From Desulfobacterales bacterium (GTDB lineage: Bacteria; Desulfobacterota; Desulfobacteria; Desulfobacterales; UBA2174), in contig CAXXWC010000003.1 of NCBI GenBank assembly GCA_963668645.2, positions 320,001-384,000 on the forward strand: 64,000 nt of DNA. Reading direction: 5' to 3'. Each line of letters begins with the position of its first letter. Position 1 is the first letter of the stretch. The notes under the pieces are model-generated. The model saw nothing but the letters and a program-made list of their open reading frames with translations. It made no database searches and was not told the DNA's origin. The position numbers were made by a program, and so were the translations under genes. Below, in pieces: positions 1 to 9,400 of this stretch.

Positions 1-1
1 C

Positions 2-418
2 CTCGCAGAACGCCGGCCGGATATCCCCCTGCTGATCCGCAGCATCCTGCGGCGTTTGGTGGCGGTCCATGCCAGCCGCACCCGGCGCATCTCCCAGGAT
101 GCCATCGAAGTTATGCTCAACTACGACTACCCCGGCAATGTCAGGGAATTGGAAAACATCCTGGAACACGCCCTGATCGTCTGCCGTGAGGATACCATCG
201 GACCCCAGCACCTGCCCGAGTATGTCTACCGGCGCGGCTTGCCGGCGCCCACCGCGCCACCCGGCGCCATTGCCCGCCAGGGGGTGGATGCGAGCGAAGC
301 GGATCGGATCCGCGCAGCCCTGGACCGCCGCAATGGACACCGCAGGCAGGCGGCCCGGGATCTGGGAATCGATCGGACCACCCTATGGCGCAGGATGAAA
401 CGTCTGGGGATACTTTAA
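2..418 (+). CDS. Sigma-54-dependent transcriptional activator, C-terminal part (5'-truncated by window)
   Basis: Open from nt 2: LAERRPDIPLL...YDYPGNVRELENILEHA (end of AAA+ domain) plus Fis-type HTH AARDLGIDRTTLWRRMKRLG. Confidence 0.9.
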   Translation, partial: LAERRPDIPLLIRSILRRLVAVHASRTRRISQDAIEVMLNYDYPGNVRELENILEHALIVCREDTIGPQHLPEYVYRRGLPAPTAPPGAIARQGVDASEADRIRAALDRRNGHRRQAARDLGIDRTTLWRRMKRLGIL

Positions 419-423
419 AGTGA

Positions 424-468
424 TTGCAACGTGTTGCGCAACACGTTGCGCAACACGTTGCAACAACA
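424..468. repeat. Nested palindrome/tandem repeat, putative upstream activator sequence
   Basis: Perfect 24-bp palindrome GCAACGTGTTGCGCAACACGTTGC (426-449); 12-bp unit GTTGCGCAACAC at 433 and 445, partial copy at 457; about 165-200 bp upstream of a sigma-54 promoter. Confidence 0.65.
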
Positions 469-628
469 TATCAATTTGATTTCAAAGCTAAAATACACAC
501 CAATCCTACCAAGAAACCGTCGCTCCGGCCCCTACCAAAGCGCAACTCGGGGGCCGGCGCCTTCCAGCCAACGCCAGACACCAGTTTAACACACTGATAT
601 CAAATCATATTTTTATATATCAGAGTTC

Positions 629-643
629 TGGCACGATAACTGC
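629..643 (+). promoter_or_regulatory. Sigma-54 (-24/-12) promoter of the hdr operon
   Basis: TGGCAC-GATAA-CTGC with GG-N10-GC spacing, preceded by an AT-rich tract (596-625). Confidence 0.75.
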
Positions 644-801
644 TGCAAAGGCCCCCATAGCCTTCGAAGCACGCCAACGCCGAATATTTAGAGTAGCTCC
701 AGCGATGCATGAAAGCGGCTGTTTGGTTGCCGGAACGCTTGCGTGTCCGGAATACACTTGCAGCGGGCCGCCCCATGGCCTGCCCCTGATCCGGAAGGAC
801 C

Positions 802-1335
802 ATGCCTTTGGATCCAAGGCGCCACCCCATCCTGATCGTAGACGATGACCCCGACATGCAGGTCTTTGTGGCTACCGTGCTTGCCGAGGGTGGTTTTCTG
901 CCGTGCTCGGCAAGCGCAGAGGACGCCTTGCAGCTGGCGCGGACCATCAAGCCGGCCCTGATCGTCTTGGGCGCGCCGATTCACTGCTCCAGCGGCGACG
1001 ATTTCTATCATCTGTTGCGCACCGATCCGGTTTTAAACCTTGTTCCGGTGATCCTGCTGTCCACCATTCCGCGCAAAAGCTATCTCCATTACCAGCGCAT
1101 GCAGGAAAGCCGGAAAAGCCAGCCCTTGCCGGAGCCGGACGACTTTCTGGTCAAGCCCCCTGAGGCGGAAGAATTGCTGCGTCGAGTCGCGCGGCTGACC
1201 GAGGCGGTACCCGCGCTTAACGCCACCCAGGGCCAAGACCGTACCGACGGTCGAAGGACACCAGCGCGCCGACACCTGGTGGATCAGCGGACTCTTGCCA
1301 AACCGCCCCAGGGAAGCCTCGGCCCCCGAGGATAG
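802..1335 (+). CDS. Single-domain atypical (pseudo) response regulator receiver
   Basis: ILIVDDDPD, PVILLS and FLVKPP motifs present; phosphoacceptor position reads LIVLG instead of LIVLD; SD GGAAGGA. Confidence 0.8.
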   Translation: MPLDPRRHPILIVDDDPDMQVFVATVLAEGGFLPCSASAEDALQLARTIKPALIVLGAPIHCSSGDDFYHLLRTDPVLNLVPVILLSTIPRKSYLHYQRMQESRKSQPLPEPDDFLVKPPEAEELLRRVARLTEAVPALNATQGQDRTDGRRTPARRHLVDQRTLAKPPQGSLGPRG

Positions 1336-1369
1336 GCCGATCCGGGCCAAACGGCACCAAGGAGGATTT

Positions 1370-4300
1370 ATGGCGGTTCGTATCGGGTTTTACATCTGCC
1401 ATTGCGGCATCAACATCGCTTACCGGGTGCGGGTCGAAGAAGTGGCGGCTTTCGCCCGCCGCCTGCCCAGGGTGGTGGTGGCCCGGGACTACAAGTTCAT
1501 GTGCTCGGACCCGGGCCAGGCGATGATCGAAAAAGACATCGCCGAAATGGGCCTCACCCGGGTAGTAGTGGCCTCCTGCTCTCCGCGGCTCCACGGCAAA
1601 ACCTTCATGGGGGCGTGCCAGCGCGCCGGGCTGAACCCTTATTTTTTCCAAATGGCCTCTGTGCGCGAACAGGTCTCCTGGGTTACGGCCGACCCGGACG
1701 AGGCCACCGACAAGGCCAAGAGTCTGGTGGCGGCCGCCATCCACCGGGTCAACTACCACGAACAGCTCCACGGCCGGCAGGCCCCGGTGCATCCGGACAT
1801 GCTGGTGGTCGGCGGCGGGATCGCCGGGATGCAGGCCGCCCTGGACATCGCCGAGTCGGGCCACAAGGTCTACCTTGTGGAACGCGACACGACCATCGGC
1901 GGCCACATGCTCCAGTTCGACAAGACCTTTCCCACCCTGGACTGCGCCGCGTGCATCGGCACACCCAAGATGGTCGAGGTGGCGCAGAATCCGAACATCG
2001 AGCTGCTCACTTTCAGCGAAGTCGAGGAGGTCAGCGGCTTTATCGGCAATTTCACCGTGCGCATCAAGCGCAGGCCGCGCTATGTCAAGGAAGGGGTCTG
2101 CACCGGGTGCGGCGAATGCGCCAAGGTCTGCCCGGTGACCATTCCCAACGCATGGGACGTGGGCCTGGGCACCCGCCAGGCCATCGGCCGCACTTTTCCC
2201 CAGGCGATACCCATCACCTTCAACATCGAAAAAAAGGATCGGGCCCCCTGTACGACGGCATGCCCGGCAGGGATCAACGTCCAAGGCTATGTTCAGTTGA
2301 TCAAACAGGGCCGCTGCGATGAGGCCATCGACCTGATCCGCCAGCGCCTGCCCCTGCCCGGGGTCCTGGGCAGGGTCTGCCCCCATCCTTGCGAATCCGC
2401 CTGCCGGCGCGCTGAGATCGACAGCGCGGTGGCCATCCGGGACCTGAAACGCTTTGCCGCCGACCAGGTGCGCGGCCGGAGGCCGGCACCGCCGCCCATC
2501 GAAGAGCGGACCGAGCGGATCGCCGTGGTCGGATCGGGTCCGGCCGGTCTCACCGCGGCGTATTACCTGCGCCTGAAAGGATACCATGTCACGATCTTCG
2601 AGGCTCTCGACAAGCTGGGCGGAATGCTTCGGGTCGGGATCCCCGACTACCGTCTGCCTCCTGAGGTCCTCGACGAGGAGATCGATCAAATCGTGAACCT
2701 GGGCGTCGAAGTGCGCACCGGCTGCCTTCTGGGGGAGGATTTTACCCTGGCCGAACTCAAGACGGAGGGTTTTGCGGCGGTGTTTCTCGGCATCGGGGCC
2801 CATGCCTCGCTGCGGCTCAACATCCCCGGGGAAGAGGACGGCGACGGGGTGGTGGACGCCATCCGCTTTTTGCGCGAGGTCAACCTGGGCAGCCGCCACC
2901 TGCCCGGCCGCCGCGTGGTGGTGGTGGGCGGCGGCAACGTGGCCATCGACGCTGCCCGCACAGCCCGGCGCCTCGGGGCCGAGTCGATCACCGTGGTCTA
3001 CCGGCGCAGCCGGCGCGAGATGCCGGCCTACGCCGAGGAGATCACCGGAGCGATCGAAGAAAAAATCGCCTTTGAATATCTCACCGCCCCGGTCCGAGTG
3101 GTCCTCGGAGACGGCCGGGTAACCGGATTCGAATGCATCCGCACCGAGCTGGGCCCGGCGGACGCCTCGGGCCGGCGGCGGCCGGTGCCGGTCAAGGGTT
3201 CGGAGTTCGTCATTGCCTGCGATTGCGTGATTCCGGCCATCGGCCAGACCACCGACACCCGCTGGGCCGAGAGGATAGACGACCTGGCCTGGTCTTCGCG
3301 GCACACCCTGAGAGTGGACCCGGCCACCATGCAGACCTCCATTCCCTGGGTGTTCGCCGCCGGGGACGCCGTCAGCGGCCCGGCCACGGTGATCGAGGCC
3401 GTAAGTGCTGCCCACCGGGCCGTTACAGCCATAGAGGGCTTCGTCGCCGGCCAGGATCTGTCCGCCGAGATCCGTGAAGCGCCGCCAACCCCGGGACAGG
3501 ACTGGGCGCCACTTCCGGTGGATGTCGAACCCCGGACCCGGGCTGCGGCGGCCCATCTCCAGGCGGACATGCGCGCCACGGACTTCCAGGAAGTCGAGCT
3601 GCCTTTTGAAGAGGACTCGGCCCGCCGGGAGGCCGAACGCTGCCTGAACTGCGGGGTCTGCTGCGAGTGCATGGCCTGCGTGGCAGCCTGCGAGGCCAAG
3701 GCCATCGACCACGACATGCCGCCCACCGAACGCACCGTCCAAGTGGGCAGCATCATCCTGGCCACCGGCTATGATATTCTGGACCCCACCTGCCTGCACC
3801 CCTACGGATACGGCCGCTATGCCAACGTCTTTACGGCCCTGGAATTCGAACGGCTCAGCAACGCCACCGGCCCCACCGGAGGCAGGATCCTTACACGGGA
3901 TGCTTCCGGCACCTTCGGCCCGCCGCCGCGCAGCGTGGCCCTGCTCCACTGCATCGGCAGCCGCGACGACCGCTACCATCCCTACTGCAGCCGGGTCTGC
4001 TGCATGTACGCCCTCAAGTACAGCCACCTGATCAAGGAAAAGGTGGGCCACGACACCCCGGTCTATGACTTTTACATCGACATGCGCTGCTTCGGCGAGG
4101 GCTACGAGGAATTTTTCCGCCGCTGCCAGGAGGAAGGAACGATCTTCATCCGCGGCAAGGTGGCCGAGATCCGCCAGCAAGCCGGCACCGGGGGGCAACC
4201 GCCGCAGTTGGTGTGCATCGGCGAAGACACCCTGCTGGGGCGCAGGGTCGAGGTGCCGGTGGAGATGGTGGTGCTGTGCAGCGCCATCCAGGCCCGGGCC

Positions 4301-4774
4301 GACGCCGGTCAGGTGGGCCGCATCTTCGGGGTCAACCAGGGCGCTGACGGCTTCTTTCTCGAGGAGCATCCCAAGCTGGCGCCGTTGAACACCGCCACCG
4401 ACGGGATCTTTCTGGCCGGCTGCTGCCAGAAACCGATGGACATCCCCGATACCGTCTCCCAGGCCTCGGGTGCCGCGGCAAAGGCCCTGTCCCTGGCCAC
4501 CCGCGGCAAGGTGGAAGTGCCGCCGACGATTTCCTGGATCGATCCGGACGTGTGCATCGGCTGCCAGGTCTGTATCGGACTGTGCCCGTATACGGCCATC
4601 GAGTTCGATGCGCGCCGGGCCGTCTCGGTGGTCAACAGCGCCCTTTGCAAGGGATGCGGCAGTTGCAGCGCCTTTTGCCCCAGCGGTGCGGCCCGCAGCG
4701 AGCACTTCAAGCCCCGGCAGATTTTTGCCGAAATCGACGGCATCATCGATGCCATTCACGCCATCGGCCGATAG
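1370..4774 (+). CDS. hdrA: Heterodisulfide reductase subunit A-like protein with inserted GltD-like NAD(P)H oxidoreductase module (HdrL type)
   Basis: GFYICHCG, VVASCSP, GGGIAG, DKTFPTLDC; insert APCTTACP...GSGPAG...GGGNVA...YRRS; then LEFER, CIGSRD, CSRVCCMYALK and C-terminal 2x[4Fe-4S]; ATG at 1370 after GGAGGA. Confidence 0.93.
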   Translation: MAVRIGFYICHCGINIAYRVRVEEVAAFARRLPRVVVARDYKFMCSDPGQAMIEKDIAEMGLTRVVVASCSPRLHGKTFMGACQRAGLNPYFFQMASVREQVSWVTADPDEATDKAKSLVAAAIHRVNYHEQLHGRQAPVHPDMLVVGGGIAGMQAALDIAESGHKVYLVERDTTIGGHMLQFDKTFPTLDCAACIGTPKMVEVAQNPNIELLTFSEVEEVSGFIGNFTVRIKRRPRYVKEGVCTGCGECAKVCPVTIPNAWDVGLGTRQAIGRTFPQAIPITFNIEKKDRAPCTTACPAGINVQGYVQLIKQGRCDEAIDLIRQRLPLPGVLGRVCPHPCESACRRAEIDSAVAIRDLKRFAADQVRGRRPAPPPIEERTERIAVVGSGPAGLTAAYYLRLKGYHVTIFEALDKLGGMLRVGIPDYRLPPEVLDEEIDQIVNLGVEVRTGCLLGEDFTLAELKTEGFAAVFLGIGAHASLRLNIPGEEDGDGVVDAIRFLREVNLGSRHLPGRRVVVVGGGNVAIDAARTARRLGAESITVVYRRSRREMPAYAEEITGAIEEKIAFEYLTAPVRVVLGDGRVTGFECIRTELGPADASGRRRPVPVKGSEFVIACDCVIPAIGQTTDTRWAERIDDLAWSSRHTLRVDPATMQTSIPWVFAAGDAVSGPATVIEAVSAAHRAVTAIEGFVAGQDLSAEIREAPPTPGQDWAPLPVDVEPRTRAAAAHLQADMRATDFQEVELPFEEDSARREAERCLNCGVCCECMACVAACEAKAIDHDMPPTERTVQVGSIILATGYDILDPTCLHPYGYGRYANVFTALEFERLSNATGPTGGRILTRDASGTFGPPPRSVALLHCIGSRDDRYHPYCSRVCCMYALKYSHLIKEKVGHDTPVYDFYIDMRCFGEGYEEFFRRCQEEGTIFIRGKVAEIRQQAGTGGQPPQLVCIGEDTLLGRRVEVPVEMVVLCSAIQARADAGQVGRIFGVNQGADGFFLEEHPKLAPLNTATDGIFLAGCCQKPMDIPDTVSQASGAAAKALSLATRGKVEVPPTISWIDPDVCIGCQVCIGLCPYTAIEFDARRAVSVVNSALCKGCGSCSAFCPSGAARSEHFKPRQIFAEIDGIIDAIHAIGR

Positions 4775-4819
4775 AGAGCACTTCAAATCTCAAATTTGAA
4801 GTGCCCGGAGGGACAGTAG

Positions 4820-5242
4820 ATGAACGCTTTCGAACCGAGCATCATCGCCTTTGTCTGCAACTGGTGCACCTACACGGCGGCCGACCTGGCCGGCACCTCG
4901 CGCCAGGGCTACCCGCCCAACGTGCGCCTGATCCGGGTCATGTGCACCGGCATGGTCGATCCCCAGTACGTACTCAAGGCTCTGCTGGAAGGGGCCGACG
5001 GGGTGCTGATCAGCGGCTGCCACCCGGGTGACTGCCATTACATCAACGGCAATTACAAGGCCCGGCGCCGCATCAAGCTGCTAAAAGCCCTGCTGCCCCA
5101 GTTCGGTTTCGCCCCCCAGCGGCTGCGCCTGACCTGGATCGGGGCCAGCGATGGGATCGAATTCGCCCATGTGATGCAGGAACTGGTCGAACAGGTACGG
5201 GAACTGGGGCCCAGCGAGGCCAAGACAAAGATGGTTATCTAG
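4820..5242 (+). CDS. mvhD: MvhD/FlpD [2Fe-2S] subunit
   Basis: FVCNWCTYTAADLAG, RVMCTG, GCHPGDCHY. Confidence 0.95.
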   Translation: MNAFEPSIIAFVCNWCTYTAADLAGTSRQGYPPNVRLIRVMCTGMVDPQYVLKALLEGADGVLISGCHPGDCHYINGNYKARRRIKLLKALLPQFGFAPQRLRLTWIGASDGIEFAHVMQELVEQVRELGPSEAKTKMVI

Positions 5243-5263
5243 AAAAATCAGGAGGTCCGCTTC

Positions 5264-6406
5264 ATGGCCAAAACCGCAATGATTCCCATCGAAAACGGCG
5301 ACCTGCTGGCCGGCCTGCGCCGGTTTTTGCGCAAGGTGCTCGAACTGCCGCAAATCCGGGCCCTGCTCGTGCCTTGCCAGCTGCCGATGAAGGCCGTGGT
5401 GATGCCGACCCTCGTGACGGACCCGCAACGCCTGGCAGGGGCCAATCCCCTGGCGCCGGCCTTTCCCCTCAACGCGGCCAGAATGGTCTCGCGCCTGACG
5501 CGCAAAACGGCCGGGGGCACCATTGTGGCCGTGCTGCGATCCTGTGAGATCCGCGCCTTTGTCGAACTGGTCAAGCTCAAGCAGGCACGCTGCGAAGAGC
5601 TGGTGCTGATCGGCATCGATTGTGCCGGAGCGTATACCAACAGGGATTTTTCAAGATGCGCCGACCAGGACATCGAGGCCCTCACCGCCCGTTTCGTGGA
5701 AAGCGTGCTGGGCGGCGCGGACGAGGAGGTGGACGGGATTGCTCCGGCTCCGGCCTGCCAGGCCTGCGACGCCCCCCTGCCCGAGGGCGCGGACCTGGGC
5801 ATTTTTCTTTTCGGTGCCGCAAAGGACCGCGGCCTGCCCGTATCGGCCCAAAGCCAAAAGGGCCAAGAACTGCTGGAGCGGCTCGATCTGCCCGGCGGGC
5901 AGATTCCGGAGTCACGCCAGACGGCCGTGGCGGCCCTGCTGGAAAAACGCCTGGCCCAAAAAACCGCCATGATGGAAGAAACCCGGACCCTGACCAATTC
6001 CATCGAAAAACTGAGCACCTACCTGGCCAACTGCATCAACTGCTACAACTGCCGCGTGGCCTGCCCGGTCTGCTACTGCCGCGAATGCGTCTTTGTCACG
6101 GATGTCTTCGACCACGAACCGTCCCAGTACCTGGCATGGGCCGGCCGCAAAGGGGCCGTGAAAATGCCCACCGACACGGTCTTTTACCATCTGACGCGCC
6201 TGGCCCATATGGGTACGGCCTGCGTCGGCTGCGGCCAGTGCACCAACGCCTGTCCCAACGAGATCCCTCTGCTGGAGCTATTTCGCACCGCCAGCACCCC
6301 GATCCAGGAGGCCTTCGGCTACCACCCCGGCCGCAGCCTGGAGGAAAAGCCCCCCCTGGCCGAATTTCGCGAACGGGAGTTCGAGGAGATCGTCGGAATC
6401 GGGTGA
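5264..6406 (+). CDS. FdhB/FrhB-like iron-sulfur subunit
   Basis: LRSCEIRA, IGIDC, CINCYNCRVACPVCYCREC, HLTRLAH...CVGCGQCTNACP; SD AGGAGG. Confidence 0.85.
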   Translation: MAKTAMIPIENGDLLAGLRRFLRKVLELPQIRALLVPCQLPMKAVVMPTLVTDPQRLAGANPLAPAFPLNAARMVSRLTRKTAGGTIVAVLRSCEIRAFVELVKLKQARCEELVLIGIDCAGAYTNRDFSRCADQDIEALTARFVESVLGGADEEVDGIAPAPACQACDAPLPEGADLGIFLFGAAKDRGLPVSAQSQKGQELLERLDLPGGQIPESRQTAVAALLEKRLAQKTAMMEETRTLTNSIEKLSTYLANCINCYNCRVACPVCYCRECVFVTDVFDHEPSQYLAWAGRKGAVKMPTDTVFYHLTRLAHMGTACVGCGQCTNACPNEIPLLELFRTASTPIQEAFGYHPGRSLEEKPPLAEFREREFEEIVGIG

Positions 6407-6435
6407 AAAATCAAAATTTTTGCGGAGAGGTTCCA

Positions 6436-9400
6436 ATGAAACACAAAATCGGTAAAGCCCTCGTCGTCGGCGCCGGGATCAGCGGGATTCGCAGCGCCCT
6501 GGACCTGGCCGAAACCGGTTACGGCGTCACCCTGATCGACCAGGCGACGCATATCGGCGGAATCCTGACCCAGCTCGACCACCAGTTTCCCACCAACCAC
6601 TGCGGCATGTGCCGCATGCTGCCACTGGTCGAACGCGACGCCGGCAGCCAGTTCTGTTTGCGCAAGGGCTTGTTCCACGAAAACATCGAGATCCTGCCGG
6701 CGACCCGGATTACCGGCATCGAAGGGGAAGCGGGCCGCTTCAAGGTCTCGTTGCGCACCCAGCCCACCTGGATCGATCCGCAGCGCTGCGTGGGCTGCGG
6801 GGCGTGCACGCCGGTCTGCCCGGTGGACGTCACCGATGCCTTCAACGCCGGTCTGGGACGGCGCAAGGCCATCTTCCTGCCCGTACCCCACCAGGTGCCC
6901 AACGCCTATGTGATCGACATGGCGGCCTGCACCCGTTGCGGGGCCTGCGAGGCGGTCTGCCCCTGCGGCGCCATTCGACTTTCGGAAGCCGATCGCAAGG
7001 ATTTCCATATCCTGGTGGTCGACGACGAACAGATCCTGCGCGAATCGCTTAAGGCCTGGCTGGAAGACGCCGGTTTCGCCGTTTCCTCGGCCGCCTCGGG
7101 CCCCCAGGCCATCGAGAGGTTGGCCGCCGGCAGTGTACAGCTCATGCTCACCGACATCAAAATGCCGGGCATGGACGGGGTAACCTTGCTGCAAAAAGCC
7201 AAAGAGATCCAACCCGAACTGGCCGTGATCATGATGACGGCCTACGCCACGGTGGACACGGCCGTGGCGGCGATGAAGATCGGGGCCCTGGACTATCTGG
7301 TCAAGCCCTTCGATCCGGAATCGATCCTGCCCATGGTCATTGATGTCCAGGAAGCGGCCCGGGCCGCTGCGGACCGTCAGATCGAGGTCGGGGCCATCGT
7401 CCTGGCCGGGGGCACGGGCTTCTGGGACCCGCGCCAGGGGGTGAATACGTTCGGCTATGGCGAAATGCCCCAGGTCGTCACCAGTCTCGAGTTCGAGCGC
7501 ATCCTTTCGGGCAGCGGCCCCACCGGTGGACGGCTCGTGCGGCCCCACGACGGACGGCCGATCAGCAAGATCGCCTGGCTTCAGTGCGTCGGTTCGCGAG
7601 ACGTCCAGTGCGAAGCGGATTTTTGTTCGTCCATCTGCTGCATGTATGCCGTCAAGGAAGCGGTGCTGGCTAAAGAAAAGGTCGGACCGGATCTGGAGGC
7701 CACGATCTTTTACATGGATATGCGCTGCTTCGGCAAAACCTTTCAGCGCTACCGGGACCGGGCCGAGGCCGAATTCGGGGTGAACTTCCGGCGCGGCCGG
7801 ATCCATTCCATCACTCCTGCCGCGGAAAGCGGCGATCCGTCCCTGCGGTTCGTGGCCGAGGACGGCACGGTGCACCAGGAAATCTTCGATCTGGTGGTCC
7901 TGGCGGTGGGCCAGCAGCCGGCCCGCGGGGCGGCGGAAATCGCCCAGATGACCGACCTGCCCCTCAATCCCTGGGGATTCATGGCCACCGTACCGCTTAA
8001 AGCAGTCTGCACCGAACGGCCCGGAATCGTTGTGGCCGGCTCCTTCGGCGGCCTGAAGGACATCGGCGAATCGGTGCTGTTCGCCTCGGCCGCGGCGACC
8101 GAGGCGGCCCGGGTGATCCATGCCGCCGGCGGCAGCCTGGCCGGCACCGGACCGCAGGCTCCCGTCTACCGGGACGTATCCCGGGAGCCGCCGCGGGCCT
8201 TGGTGGCCCTGTGCACTTGCGGCGAACGGATCTTCGAGACCGTGGACCGCAAGGGCTTGGCCAGGGATCTGGAAAACGACCCGGCCGTTGAACAGGTGGT
8301 CTTCGTGGAACGCGTCTGCACGGCCGAAGGCTGGCAGAAGCTAGGCGAGGCGGTCGCGGGCCGCCAGCCGAACCGGGTTCTGGTGGGGGCTTGCCATCCT
8401 TATGTTTTCGTGCGCCGGTTGCGCGGTCTAGGCGCTCAGACCGGACTCGATCCGGCCCTGATGGATGTGGTGGACCTGCTCTCCTTGAGCCTGGCCTCAT
8501 CAGAGGCCGGCGAAAAGGGGCGCGATAATGATCTGCGGGCACGCCTCGGCATGGCTCTGGCCCGGCTGCAAGGGACCGGAGCGGCCCCGGCCGACGGCGT
8601 GGCCGTCTGCCGGCGGGCCCTGGTGGTGGGCGGCGGCATTGCCGGCATGCACGCAGCCCTGGCCATCGCAGAACGCGGATACCCGGTGGACCTGGTGGAA
8701 AGCGGTTCTCGGCTGGGCGGCAACCTCGAATGGATCGGCCGGACCCTTGACGGGCAGGACCTCGTCTTGCTGCTGGAAGAGACGCGCACACGGGTCGAAC
8801 GCCAGCCGCAGATCACGGTTCATCTGGAAAGCCGGGCCGCAGGGGCCTTCGGCCAGGCAGGACAGTTTTATACCACTATCGAAAAGGCCCAGGGCGATCC
8901 GGAAACGGTGCAACACGGCGTTGCGATACTGGCCACGGGCGGGGGTGAGGCGATCACCGGCGAATACGGCTTCGGATCCCATCCGCATATCGTCACCCAA
9001 AAAGGCTTTCAGATCGGCTTGGCCGAGGGCCGCTTCGACCCGTCCGGCCTCAAAACGGTGGTGATGATCCAGTGCGTGGGCTCCCGCGAGGAGCCGCGCA
9101 ATTTCTGCAGCCGGGTATGCTGTGCCACGGCCATCAAACAGGCCCTGGCACTCAAGGCGGCCAATCCCGACACCCGGGTGGTGGTGCTCTACCGCGACAT
9201 GATGACCTATGGATTTGCCGAGACCTACTTTACCCGGGCCCGCCAGGAGGGGATCCTCTTTGTCGCCTACTCGCCGGACGATAAACCCGAAGTGAGCTGT
9301 GACGACCCGCAGGGGCCGATCACCGTGACCGTCACCGATCCAATCCTCGCACGACCGCTTTCCATTGCGGCCGACCTGCTCGTGCTGGCCAACGGGCTAA

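Noticed and set aside
424..468. Repeats at 424-468, 36549-36770, 43172-43214 and 57734-57798 as CRISPR arrays
   Set aside because: No unique spacers of CRISPR length, wrong unit sizes and no cas genes.
1217..4786. 1189-aa minus-strand ORF, and similar long antisense ORFs (6319-8121, 11594-13102, 28706-31036, 41377-43152, 58301-59743)
   Set aside because: Shadow ORFs opposite well-supported genes; expected from high-GC codon bias; no recognisable motifs.
1370..5242. Possible selenocysteine recoding in HdrA or MvhD
   Set aside because: The usual positions are plain Cys (LDCAAC, CNWCTY) and there is no in-frame TGA.
5620..6435. 272-aa N-terminal extension of the 1413-aa ORF
   Set aside because: Overlaps the FdhB-like gene in another frame and is Arg/Pro-rich noise; an SD and HdrA homology start at 6436.
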